Source: Aquificota bacterium
Lineage (GTDB): Bacteria > Aquificota > Aquificia > Aquificales > Aquificaceae
Direction: 5' to 3'
Length of the DNA stretch: 64,000 bases
Assembly: GCA_030549905.1 (NCBI GenBank)
Contig: JAUQQK010000007.1
Location: 2,612-66,611, forward strand
Shown: positions 44,586 through 55,670 of the stretch, piece after piece
Layout: each line of letters begins with the position of its first letter
Numbering within the stretch: position 1 is the stretch's first letter
The notes under the pieces: model-generated
Told to the model about the DNA's origin: nothing
The model's input: only the letters and a program-made list of their open reading frames with translations
The model's database searches: none
Made by a program: the position numbers and the translations under genes

Positions 44586-46219
44586 TACCGCCTTATCTTT
44601 TTCTCTAATCTATCCTTCTGCCCAGGCTCTCCCCTCTTGCCACTTTGCAGAAGTTCATAAGCTTTTTTGTAATAAACCTGAGCTTCTTCAGCCCTTCCTA
44701 ATTTCAACAGCACATCACCCATATGCTCATAAAGGACGGGGTCTTCCTTTTCCTTCTCAAGGGCTTTCTTCAAAAGCTCATAAGCCTTCTGGTATTCGCC
44801 CTTATGGTAGAAAACCCAAGCCATACTGTCTATGTAGGCGGGGTTCTCTGGTTCCTTTTCAACAGCCTTTTTTATAAGACTTTCTGCCTCCTCAAGCCTT
44901 GCCTTTTCATACCACAAAAGCAGGGAATAGCCAAGATGGTTGTATAGCTCCGTGTCTTCCGGGTTCAGCTCCAAGGCGGTTCTCAGGTCTTTTTCTGCGG
45001 ATATGTATTTGCCAAGCCTGTCGTAGATTATAGCCCTTAAAAAGTAAGCCCTGTAATCCTTTGGGTTCAACTCTATAGCCCTGTTTGCATAGTCAAGGGC
45101 TTTTTCATGCTGTTCCTTTTCGCTAAGAAGGTGAGCCATTAAGAGATTAAGCTGGTAATTGTTTGGCTCCATAGTAAGACCTTTTTTGAGCAGGCTTTCC
45201 GCCTTATCAAACTCCTTCTTGTCTATGTATATGCCTGCAAGCCTTTCAATAAGCTTAACATTATCACCGATTTTTTTCTGAAGGCTCAGATAAACCTCTA
45301 AAGCCTTGTCCTGCTTTTTGTTCATCTCAAGGGCAAGCCCATAAGTGTAAGCTATATCTGGATTTTCAGGGTTTTCACTGTATAGCCTTTCCAGAAGCCT
45401 CTCCGCTTCCTGCGTTTCACCCGCTCTTATAAGTAGAAGGCTTTGCTGGTATGTGTAGCCACCCTCCGGATAAAGCTCCGCAAGCCTCCTGTAAACTTCC
45501 TTTGCTTCTTCATACCTGTTGGTTATTGTATAAAGGTTGGCAAGCCTTTCAAGGGCTGTTCTGTTTGTAGGCTCTTGCTTGAGTATATCCTTGTATAAGC
45601 TTTCCGCTCTTGAAAATTCTCCCTTCTGTTCGTATATACTACCAAGGGTTATAAAACTGGCTTCAAAGGTGCCCTTCACCTTAAGGGATTTTTCCAGGTA
45701 TTCAATAGCCTCCGCCTGCTTTCCCTCAGAGAGGGCTATACGGGCAAGCATATAGTAGGGCAAGGGATTGTCCGGGCTGAGCCTTGCAAGGTTTTCCAGC
45801 ACATTCCTCGCCTTTTGAAGCTCCCCGTTTCTAAGATACTCCTCCGCAAGAAAGACCATGATTTCCTTAGAAGTAGGGTTTGCTAAATAACCTTCCTCCA
45901 AAGCCTTAAGAGCTTCTGCCCTTTCCCTACGTATGGAATATACGCTGTGCAGGGTAAGGTATGGCTCTGGATTGTTAGGGTATTTGGCTTTGAACTCTTT
46001 TGCCAGCTTTAGTGCCTGGTCCGTTTTTTTAAGAAGTAGCTTCAGCCTTATGGTATCCACATAAAGGGTTGGAGTGGGAGACCTTTCAAGAGCCCTCTGA
46101 CAGTATGTTTCCGCTTTAGCTTTACTATCCTCCTGATAATACCTGCACAGCATGTAGTCAAGGTAGACGTTATAGGCGTAGGAAAGGGACAGTGTCAGTA
46201 GTAAAAGCATGTATCTCAT
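44585..46219 (-). CDS. Tetratricopeptide repeat protein (secreted)
   Basis: This 544-aa ORF has a signal peptide and more than 10 TPR units. Confidence 0.8.
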   Translation of the reverse strand: MRYMLLLLTLSLSYAYNVYLDYMLCRYYQEDSKAKAETYCQRALERSPTPTLYVDTIRLKLLLKKTDQALKLAKEFKAKYPNNPEPYLTLHSVYSIRRERAEALKALEEGYLANPTSKEIMVFLAEEYLRNGELQKARNVLENLARLSPDNPLPYYMLARIALSEGKQAEAIEYLEKSLKVKGTFEASFITLGSIYEQKGEFSRAESLYKDILKQEPTNRTALERLANLYTITNRYEEAKEVYRRLAELYPEGGYTYQQSLLLIRAGETQEAERLLERLYSENPENPDIAYTYGLALEMNKKQDKALEVYLSLQKKIGDNVKLIERLAGIYIDKKEFDKAESLLKKGLTMEPNNYQLNLLMAHLLSEKEQHEKALDYANRAIELNPKDYRAYFLRAIIYDRLGKYISAEKDLRTALELNPEDTELYNHLGYSLLLWYEKARLEEAESLIKKAVEKEPENPAYIDSMAWVFYHKGEYQKAYELLKKALEKEKEDPVLYEHMGDVLLKLGRAEEAQVYYKKAYELLQSGKRGEPGQKDRLEKKIRR

Positions 46220-47094
46220 GGCTCACCCTTATAAACAAGAATAGACAGGTCAAGAGACCTGACAAGCTCCGCGCAGGTGCTTCCCACCAGCACCCTTTTT
46301 AACCCTGAAAGACCCCTGCTTCCCAATACCACAAGCTCTATGTCCTCCATGCCCTTGATAAAATCCCTTATGCCCTCTGCGGGCGATGAGCTTTGAAGTA
46401 TAAAGTATTTCACATTAAAGCCTTCCTTTGACAGGCTATCTGAAAGCTTTCTAAGATGTTTTTCCTTTTCCTCCTTATACTTCTGGCTTATAACATCCTT
46501 AATGCCTTCAACCACCGGTATTTCTATGGTTTCCTCCACATGAAGTATTAAAAGCTCACCAAGGAAGGGCTTGAGCAGTTTGACAGTGAAATCTAAAGCC
46601 CTCTGTGCATGCTCAGAAAAATCGTATCCAACAAGAACCTTGCTTAAATGCTCTGGCTCCTTACCCTTGAGTATAAAAAGGGGCTTTCTGGAATACTTTA
46701 AAACCTTCTCAGTGGTGGAGCCAACCAGAATTCTTTCAATCAAGCCCTTCTTATGACTTCCTAAAAGCACAAGGTCCGCAAGCGCCTCCCTATCCAGAAT
46801 TATCTCCCCTGCATCGCCCACTTCCACTATTAGCTCCACCTTAAGAGGTTCAAGAAACCTGGCAAGACCCTTTAGCCTCTGGTTTGCCTCCTCCTTCTTT
46901 CTTTCCTGAAGCTGTGAAAGAAGCTCAAGGTCAACAGTGCTCATTCCAAAGCTTTCCGGGTAGGGAATGTATAAGAGGGGCGGCACGCAGTGAAGCAGGA
47001 AAACATGAGCTGAGTGTGCCTCTGCAAGCTTTTTGACCACCCTCAGCAGGGGGTTCGTTATTTCTGTAAAATCCACAGGCACAAGAAACTTCAT
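46216..47094 (-). CDS. Tandem universal stress protein (two Usp domains)
   Basis: Two Usp-like halves each end in a G..G...G(S/T) motif (LLGSHKKG..., VLGSRGLSG...VGST). Confidence 0.8.
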   Translation of the reverse strand: MKFLVPVDFTEITNPLLRVVKKLAEAHSAHVFLLHCVPPLLYIPYPESFGMSTVDLELLSQLQERKKEEANQRLKGLARFLEPLKVELIVEVGDAGEIILDREALADLVLLGSHKKGLIERILVGSTTEKVLKYSRKPLFILKGKEPEHLSKVLVGYDFSEHAQRALDFTVKLLKPFLGELLILHVEETIEIPVVEGIKDVISQKYKEEKEKHLRKLSDSLSKEGFNVKYFILQSSSPAEGIRDFIKGMEDIELVVLGSRGLSGLKRVLVGSTCAELVRSLDLSILVYKGEP

Positions 47095-47621
47095 GGCAAA
47101 GCCCTCCCTTTAAAAACTTCTTCAAAGTCTATATCCGCCTTACAGCCTTCAAAAAGGAAAAGCCTGTCTTTTTTCTCCTCATAGCCTTTGCCCACCAGTT
47201 CAAAAATCTTTACACGTTTTTCATCAGGATATACAAGTACATAGTATCTGACACCTTCCCTCCGGTAAAGCTCAAACTTCAAACCTTCGTCTCTCTGACG
47301 GTATTCTGGAGATACTACCTCCACCACGAGAGCAGGAGCGCTCTCAAGTCTTTCGGGAATGTCTTCACAAAAAACTATAAGGTCAGGTCTAACCACCGTG
47401 TAAGGGTCTATATACCAGTCTAACTCCACCGCCACCGCACAATTCCTGCAATCTTTAAGCGCCACCTTCAGAAGGAAAACAAGGTCTGAGAGTAAAACCT
47501 GATTTATCGGTCTTGGGGAAGCCATAGCGTAAGGCACGCCTTCTATGAGCTCCCAGTCTCCCTCCCATGTTTTCCAATGCTCTACCGTATACCTTTCTGG
47601 ATACTTTTCAGCCAAGCCCAT
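47091..47621 (-). CDS. Uma2 (DUF820) family putative endonuclease, copy A
   Basis: The product has a PD-(D/E)xK-like core (RPDL.VF..., VEVVSPE) typical of Uma2. The start is taken at MGLAEKYP. Confidence 0.7.
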   Translation of the reverse strand: MGLAEKYPERYTVEHWKTWEGDWELIEGVPYAMASPRPINQVLLSDLVFLLKVALKDCRNCAVAVELDWYIDPYTVVRPDLIVFCEDIPERLESAPALVVEVVSPEYRQRDEGLKFELYRREGVRYYVLVYPDEKRVKIFELVGKGYEEKKDRLFLFEGCKADIDFEEVFKGRALP

Positions 47622-48132
47622 GAAAAACCTCTTCAAAGGGTATTTCTATCTCACAGCCTTCAAAGGCAAAGGCTCTATTCTTCTTTTCCCCGTAGCCTTT
47701 ATCCGTAAGTTCAAAAACTTTCACGCACCTCTCGTCAGGATACACAAGCACATAGTATTTTACGCCAAGCCACTGATAAAGCTCATACTTCAAGCCTTCA
47801 TCTCTTTCCCTTGATTCCGGTGATACTATCTCTACTATCATGACAGGTCTTTCTTCAAGCCTTTCGGGAATATTCCCACAAAAAACCAGAAGGTCAGGTC
47901 TCACCACCGTGTTAGGAGATATATACCAGTCAAGCTCCGCAAAGGCTTTACACTTTTCACAATCCTTCAAAGCGTCCGTTAAAAGAACACCAAGAACCAC
48001 AAGCAAATGCTGATTTATCGGTCTTGGGGAAGCCATGGCGTAAGGCACACCTTCTATAAGCTCCCAATCCCCTTCCCATGTTTTCCAATGCTCTACCGTA
48101 TACCTTTCTGGATACTTTTCAGCCAAGCCCAT
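47608..48132 (-). CDS. Uma2 (DUF820) family putative endonuclease, copy B
   Basis: This paralog of copy A is about 60 percent identical overall by eye. Its first ~42 codons are almost identical to copy A at DNA level. Confidence 0.7.
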   Translation of the reverse strand: MGLAEKYPERYTVEHWKTWEGDWELIEGVPYAMASPRPINQHLLVVLGVLLTDALKDCEKCKAFAELDWYISPNTVVRPDLLVFCGNIPERLEERPVMIVEIVSPESRERDEGLKYELYQWLGVKYYVLVYPDERCVKVFELTDKGYGEKKNRAFAFEGCEIEIPFEEVFHGLG

Positions 48133-48147
48133 GAAAGACCTCCATAC

Positions 48148-48954
48148 TTATAAAAGTAGCGGCTCAAAGCCCTCAAGGTTTAATTTAATCGTAGCCTCAA
48201 TAAAGTCAAAGCACAGCTCATTGCCTGCATACACATCGGTAGCCATGTTAAATCCTTTTGTGAGAGCCACCTTTGCCCCCGCTTCCTTAGCTATCAACGC
48301 TCCCGCCACCACATCCCAGGGGTTTAGCTCAAACTCTAAAAGTCCATCAAAGATGCCCTCTGCCAGAAGGCACAGGTCCACGGCGGCAGCACCGGGTCTT
48401 CTCATGGCACCCACCTTGTCAAAGACCTCCCTGAATATGTTCCAGTAGATGTTAAGGTCCCTCCTAGCTCTTGATGGATAGCCGTAAGAAACATAGCATC
48501 TTTTTAACTGCTCCTTTTGCTTTACTCTTATGGGCTTACCGTTTTTATAAGCTCCCATGCCAGCCAAAGCCCAGTAAAGGTGGTCAAAGGCAGGAAGGTA
48601 TACTGCACCCACAAGGGGTCTGCCTCTATGGAGAAGCCCCACGGAAGTGCCAAAGAGAGGAAAGCCCGCCACAAAGTTCTTAGTGCCGTCAAGGGGGTCA
48701 ATATACCATACATAATCTCCTTCTGGGCTTCCCCCGTCCTCTTCACCCACTACCCTGTGGTCTGGTAAGTATTTGAGTATATGTTCTCTTATTCTCTCTT
48801 CCGAGAGCTTGTCCGCAAGGCTGTATATGTCCTTTTCCCCCTTTTCCATTATAGGGTTGTCTTCCCTTCTGTAAAACTCCTTTAGCACCTGACCACCCAG
48901 AAGGGCTGAAGACTTGGCAACCCAGAGGAAAAGCTCTATGTTATGCATCATCAA
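48148..48954 (-). CDS. suhB: Inositol monophosphatase / FBPase family protein
   Basis: IMPase motifs are present (W.IDPLDGT, ...AAVDL). Confidence 0.8.
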   Translation of the reverse strand: MMMHNIELFLWVAKSSALLGGQVLKEFYRREDNPIMEKGEKDIYSLADKLSEERIREHILKYLPDHRVVGEEDGGSPEGDYVWYIDPLDGTKNFVAGFPLFGTSVGLLHRGRPLVGAVYLPAFDHLYWALAGMGAYKNGKPIRVKQKEQLKRCYVSYGYPSRARRDLNIYWNIFREVFDKVGAMRRPGAAAVDLCLLAEGIFDGLLEFELNPWDVVAGALIAKEAGAKVALTKGFNMATDVYAGNELCFDFIEATIKLNLEGFEPLLL

Positions 48955-50131
48955 GCACTTCTATACATGGCAGGCTGTTGCCTTCCAGAAGCTCAAGGAA
49001 GGCACCACCACCTGTGGATACAAAGTCTATTGCGTTGTAAACGCCAGCTCTGTGTATGGCATGGTCCGTGTCCCCACCACCTGCTATGGTAAGGGCGGAG
49101 GACTGGGCTAAAAGCTTGGCAGTTTCATAGGTGCCGTCTTTGAACCTGTCCAGCTCAAAGACACCCATGGGTCCGTTCCATACTATGGTCTGAGCATCCG
49201 ATATAACTTCTTTCAAAAGACCTACAGAAACGGGGCCTATATCAAGCCCCATCCAGCCATCAGGAATTTCCTGCCACGGCACCACCCTTGTGGGCGTATT
49301 GTCAGAAGGTTCCCTTCCTATCACAAAGTCTACAGGCAGGTATAGCCTTACATCCAGCTTCTTAGCCACCTCCATAATGTCCTTAGCGGTTTCTAAAAGC
49401 TCGTTTTCCACCAGAGAATTGCCCACCTTGTAGCCCATAGACTTTATGAAGGTAAAAGCCATGGCACCACCTATAAAAAGCTTATCCACCCTTTTTAACA
49501 GGTTTTTTATAATGCCCAGCTTGGAAGATACCTTTGCACCACCTATTATGGCAACCACCGGTCTTTGGGGGTTCACCATAGCCCTTTCAAAATAGCTTAT
49601 CTCCTTCTCTAGCAGAAAGCCCATGACTGCGGGCTTTAAAAGCTGTGGCACAAGATATACAGAGGCGTGTTTTCTGTGGCATGTGCCGAAGGCATCGCTT
49701 ACATACACTTCGCCAAGCCTTGCCAGAGCCTTTGCAAACTCTGGGTCTGCCTTACTCTCACCCTCATGAAACCTGAGGTTTTCCAAAAGGACCACATCTC
49801 CTTCTTGCATGGACAGGACCGCCCTTTCTACCTCCTCTCCCACACAGTCAGGAAGCAACCTAACTTCACGATTTATATACCTTGAGAGCCTTTTTGCCAC
49901 CGGTGCAAGGCTAAACCTCTCATCCCTTCCCTTTGGCCTTCCAAGGTGCGACATTAAAATTATCTTAGCCTTAGCATCAAGAAGATATTCAACGGTGGGA
50001 AGGCTCGCCTTTATCCTTGTATCGTCCTCAATGTTGCCAAGCTCGTCCATCGGCACGTTAAAATCCACCCTCACAAGTACCCTTTTACCCTTAAGTTCCA
50101 CATCCCTGAGGGTTTTCTTTCTGAAAGGCAT
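48941..50131 (-). CDS. pgk: Phosphoglycerate kinase
   Basis: The product contains RVDFNVP and GGGDT motifs. The start is at MPFRKK, with GAGGAGG 5 nt upstream. Confidence 0.95.
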   Translation of the reverse strand: MPFRKKTLRDVELKGKRVLVRVDFNVPMDELGNIEDDTRIKASLPTVEYLLDAKAKIILMSHLGRPKGRDERFSLAPVAKRLSRYINREVRLLPDCVGEEVERAVLSMQEGDVVLLENLRFHEGESKADPEFAKALARLGEVYVSDAFGTCHRKHASVYLVPQLLKPAVMGFLLEKEISYFERAMVNPQRPVVAIIGGAKVSSKLGIIKNLLKRVDKLFIGGAMAFTFIKSMGYKVGNSLVENELLETAKDIMEVAKKLDVRLYLPVDFVIGREPSDNTPTRVVPWQEIPDGWMGLDIGPVSVGLLKEVISDAQTIVWNGPMGVFELDRFKDGTYETAKLLAQSSALTIAGGGDTDHAIHRAGVYNAIDFVSTGGGAFLELLEGNSLPCIEVLDDA

Positions 50132-50141
50132 ATGAACCTCC

Positions 50142-50474
50142 TCAGAAGTCAAAGTCTATGTCTTCATCGTCAAACTCTGGATTACTTGTGGGTTCAAAGA
50201 TGCCCCTCAGGCTTAAAGCCAGCTTCTTTATGTTTTCAAGATAAAAAAGGAGCTCCTCATATACCTCCAAAAGAGCCTTATAGCGTTTTATTTCTTCGTA
50301 GGTTAGCTTACGGGTCCTCAAGACCTTTTTTACCGCCACACGAGAAAGAAAGGCTCTGGAGTATTTTTCCTGCCACTCCTTCCAGAACTCCTGAGAATTC
50401 ACAGGAGATTTGACCACAAAATACTCAAGATTTGAGAGCTCTTCCATAAGGTTTAGGTCAAGGCTGTTTTTCAC
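50142..50474 (-). CDS. Hypothetical helical protein with an acidic C-terminal tip
   Basis: This 110-aa ORF ends ...NPEFDDEDIDFDF. I recognise no family. Confidence 0.5.
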   Translation of the reverse strand: MKNSLDLNLMEELSNLEYFVVKSPVNSQEFWKEWQEKYSRAFLSRVAVKKVLRTRKLTYEEIKRYKALLEVYEELLFYLENIKKLALSLRGIFEPTSNPEFDDEDIDFDF

Positions 50475-50486
50475 CGTGTTCCTCCT

Positions 50487-51260
50487 TTAAAAATTATAAC
50501 CCAAGAGCTCCTTTAATTTTTTAACTGGGTCTTTGCTCTTCATAAGGCTTGTGCCTACAAGAAAGGCATCCACACCAAGGCTCTCAAGCCTTAAAACCTG
50601 CTCCCTGTTTTCTATTCCGCTTTCAGCCACCACGAACCTTGCACCCATCTCCTTTACAGAAGGGGCAAGCCTTTCAGAAAGGCTCAGGTCCACCTTAAGA
50701 GTGTCGAGGTCTCTGTTGTTTATACCTATAATGTAGGCGCCAGCCTTCGAAGCCCTCTCCGCTTCTTGCAGGCTAAAGACCTCCGCTATATGAGATAGAC
50801 CGAGCTCTTTGGAGTAATCAAGAAGGTCCTTAAGAAGAGGGTCGTCAAGTATCCTGACTATGAGAAGCACTATGTCCGCACCGTAAGCCTTTGCCTCTAA
50901 GACCTGAACAGGGTCTATTATAAAGTCTTTTCTTAGTATGGGCAGGCTTACGCTTTTTCTTACTTCCGCAAGGTCTTCCAAGGAGCCTTTGAAAAATTTT
51001 CTGTCTGTGAGCACGGATATAGCTACGGCACCAGCCTGCTCGTAAAGCCTTGCCTGCTCTCCAGCTTTTACCTCCCTTATATCTCCCTCAGAGGGTGAAG
51101 CCCTTTTAACCTCCGCTATAACCCTCGTCCTGCAGGAAGTAAGAGCTTTTTCAAAGGAATAATGAAAGAGCCTTTCCCTCGCCAGCTCCTCAAGACTTCT
51201 TATATATTGACTTTCTTTTATTATCTCTTCCCTTTTGCTTGCTACTATCCTCTCAAGCAA
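50487..51260 (-). CDS. trpC: Indole-3-glycerol phosphate synthase
   Basis: TrpC-like sequence is present (IAEVKRASPS, ISVLTD, RKDFI, NNRDL). Confidence 0.9.
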   Translation of the reverse strand: MLERIVASKREEIIKESQYIRSLEELARERLFHYSFEKALTSCRTRVIAEVKRASPSEGDIREVKAGEQARLYEQAGAVAISVLTDRKFFKGSLEDLAEVRKSVSLPILRKDFIIDPVQVLEAKAYGADIVLLIVRILDDPLLKDLLDYSKELGLSHIAEVFSLQEAERASKAGAYIIGINNRDLDTLKVDLSLSERLAPSVKEMGARFVVAESGIENREQVLRLESLGVDAFLVGTSLMKSKDPVKKLKELLGYNF

Positions 51261-51262
51261 GC

Positions 51263-51862
51263 CTATGGATACACCCTCCTGTATACCTTTCCTTCTTTAC
51301 TATAAATAGCCTCTACACCAAAGCCTTCTTTTAGAAGCTCCTCATAAATCTCCTTTGCCCTGTCAAAACCCCTTACAGCCAGCACCACACCACACCTTGG
51401 GTCTATTTCATCGGGTATGGGTATGAGCTTTGCCCTACCTTTGAGGTATTTTTCCGCCCTCGTGCCTTCGGATATGGCGGTGAAGGTTATAAAATGGTCT
51501 GGCTTTTTTACAAAGGGGTTTAGCTCCATTAATATATGCCTTACATGGAGCTTCACACCAAGGGCGTGGAACCTTATCCAATACCAGAGGGAAGGCTCCA
51601 CACTGCCAGAGCTTTTCCTTATCTCCGCTATGACCCTATCGCCTTCTTTTTTCAAGCTCAGAAGCTCATTGCCCGTCTGCAGACACCAGTTATATATATC
51701 CCTCTCAAAGCCCGGGTCTGTGGATATGACGGTTAGCTTCTGACCATCTTTTAGCTTTCTCACCTTCTCAGAGGTTATAACCACCGGAAGTGGGCACATA
51801 AGCCCCGTCAGGTCAAGTACTTCATCCTTGTCTTCTTCTACCGCCTTCATAACCTGCCTCAT
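51263..51862 (-). CDS. TusA/SirA-like sulfur carrier fused to a DUF3343-like domain
   Basis: The N-terminal part has LDLTGLMCPLPV (the TusA CPxP motif). The C-terminal part resembles DUF3343, with ...IPIPDEIDPRCG. Confidence 0.6.
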   Translation of the reverse strand: MRQVMKAVEEDKDEVLDLTGLMCPLPVVITSEKVRKLKDGQKLTVISTDPGFERDIYNWCLQTGNELLSLKKEGDRVIAEIRKSSGSVEPSLWYWIRFHALGVKLHVRHILMELNPFVKKPDHFITFTAISEGTRAEKYLKGRAKLIPIPDEIDPRCGVVLAVRGFDRAKEIYEELLKEGFGVEAIYSKEGKVYRRVYP

Positions 51863-52716
51863 ACTGCCATAACTTTATTAACCTTATTATAGGCTTTTTC
51901 CTCAAAGCCTTCCACATATATATTAATAAGCTTTCCAGCCTTTTCAAGGGTCCTTATAAGCTCTTCATCCCTAAGTTCAAGGGGGCTGTTAAACTGAAAG
52001 ACCACATACACATGACCCTTCTCCAGCTTAACAGGCACGTAAAGGCTGCTGTTTTTGCTGTCCGTAAAGCTATCGGTGGAGGAGAATTTGTAAGGTACCA
52101 GATGGATAGCCTTGAGGGAAAAGGCTTCTTTCAAGTTTTTCAGGTATTCCTCAACGCCGGGGCTGTTTAAAAGAACTTCTAAAAGCCTGCTATCCTTGTC
52201 TTTAAGGCTTAGCTCACGCTCAAGCCCGGAAATGCCTCTGCTCTGCTCCCTGTATGCCCTTCTTAGTTTCCTGACATACCTTCTTTCCTTGGCTATAGCC
52301 TCCACAAGGTCAGGGTGTATGGAGGCAACAAGCAAAGAAAGAAACAGGGGTATAAGTATAAAACCCTTATAGCCGTAGTAATAAAAGCCAAAGGCTGTTC
52401 CAGCCCAGAAAAACATAAGACCGTAGAATATTTTCCTGCTTGCATACAGGGCAATGGGTGGAAGCAGGGTAAAAAGGGCTTCCTTCTGACCTGACAGATA
52501 AGTCAAAAGGCTAAGGAAGAAGAGGTCTCCGTAATTCTTAAAGAGCCTGAACCTTCCCGGATACAGATATACATACATGCCCAGCAGGAGATAGACGACG
52601 GAAGGCACCACAACTACAGCCTTTTGAAGGGAAGGCTTATCTATTACAAGCAGGAGGTAAAAGAGAAAGGAAAGCACCCTAAACCCTAAAAATATAAGGT
52701 TTATATCCCTAAGCAC
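51859..52716 (-). CDS. Hypothetical membrane protein (about 5 TM plus a cytoplasmic domain)
   Basis: This 285-aa ORF has a hydrophobic N-terminal half, a coiled-coil linker, and a soluble C-terminal domain of unknown type. Confidence 0.55.
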   Translation of the reverse strand: MLRDINLIFLGFRVLSFLFYLLLVIDKPSLQKAVVVVPSVVYLLLGMYVYLYPGRFRLFKNYGDLFFLSLLTYLSGQKEALFTLLPPIALYASRKIFYGLMFFWAGTAFGFYYYGYKGFILIPLFLSLLVASIHPDLVEAIAKERRYVRKLRRAYREQSRGISGLERELSLKDKDSRLLEVLLNSPGVEEYLKNLKEAFSLKAIHLVPYKFSSTDSFTDSKNSSLYVPVKLEKGHVYVVFQFNSPLELRDEELIRTLEKAGKLINIYVEGFEEKAYNKVNKVMAV

Positions 52717-52725
52717 ACTAATATT

Positions 52726-52983
52726 TTATTCCACCTCCACCTTTTTAACCCTTTTCTTTACCTCGCCCTCTTCCACCCTTTTTTCAAGGAGACCCACCTT
52801 ATAGTCTATAAAGGTTTTGAGTATCTTCCAGAAGGACAGCTCCATCTGATAGATATTTTTAATAACCTCACGCCTTACCTCCCTGGGTGGCAGAAAAAGC
52901 TCAAAAACCTTAAATACTTCCTTCCTTAACTCCTCCACTTCCTGCTCAAGGCTTTCTTCTCTGAGGTCTTCCTTCCTTGCCAT
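52726..52983 (-). CDS. Hypothetical small coiled-coil protein
   Basis: This 85-aa ORF is E/K/V-rich. I recognise no family. Confidence 0.45.
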   Translation of the reverse strand: MARKEDLREESLEQEVEELRKEVFKVFELFLPPREVRREVIKNIYQMELSFWKILKTFIDYKVGLLEKRVEEGEVKKRVKKVEVE

Positions 52984-52998
52984 GCTCTTTAATATATG

Positions 52999-54623
<1,625 letters not shown>

Positions 54624-55670
54624 AGGTAGACCATTGCGAGGTTGAGGTTATAAACAGCCTTCCCCTTCAGCGGTTAAGGTTTATAAAGCAGTTGGGTGTA
54701 GCCTACCTTGTTTTCCCTTCCGCCCAGCATACAAGGTTCGAACATTCCTTAGGAACCATGGAGCTTGCAGGGAAAATCTGTCAAAAGCTTGGCATAAAGG
54801 ACAGTAAGCTTCTTCGCATCTTCAGGCTGGCTGGACTACTACACGACATAGGACACACACCCTTTTCACACACTACGGAGGTGTTTCTTGGAGATAGAAG
54901 CCATGAAAGCTTAGGAGAGCATGTGCTTTACGAGGAAGGAATAGCGGATATACTAAAAAAACACGGCTTTTCCGAGGAGGACATATGCCTTATTTCTTCC
55001 TTAGCCTTTAAAAAAGAATCTTCTCTACCTAAGGTAATAACTGGCGAGTTTGGAGCGGACAGGCTGGACTATCTTAGGCGTGATGCCTACTTTTGCGGGA
55101 CTTCCTACGGCTTTTTTGACTATGGCAGGCTCTTAGAGAACATACTTCTAATAGAGGGTATCAAGTGCGTGCACATAAGTGCCCTGAGGTCCTTAGAGAG
55201 CTTTGTGATAGGCAGGTATTTTATGTATTCACAGGTTTATTTTCACAAGGTGGTCAGAATACTAAACCTGCATCTGAAGGAGGTTTTAGAAGACCTTTTA
55301 AATAGAGGCTACATTGAGCCAGAGAATTTTCACAGAAAAACGGACGCTCACATAATTGACCTTATGCTCCACATGGCTCATGAGGAAAAAGTTAGAAGAG
55401 TGCTTTTTAGAGAACATTTCAGAGAAGTCTTCTCAACAGGGTCAAGGGAGGTCTTTGAATTTGTAAAGAATAAGCTTTTGGAAGTTTATGGAAAAGAGCT
55501 TCTTAGGTTTGACACGGCCCTTAAGCGGGTCCTGGACGAGGACATACCCTTATGGGACGAAAGAAACCTCCTTAGCTTTAAGGAAGTCTCACATATTGTG
55601 GCAAACCTGAAAGACATTGAAATATACCGCATTTACGCACACCCAGCCATAAGGGAGGAGGCAAAAAAAC

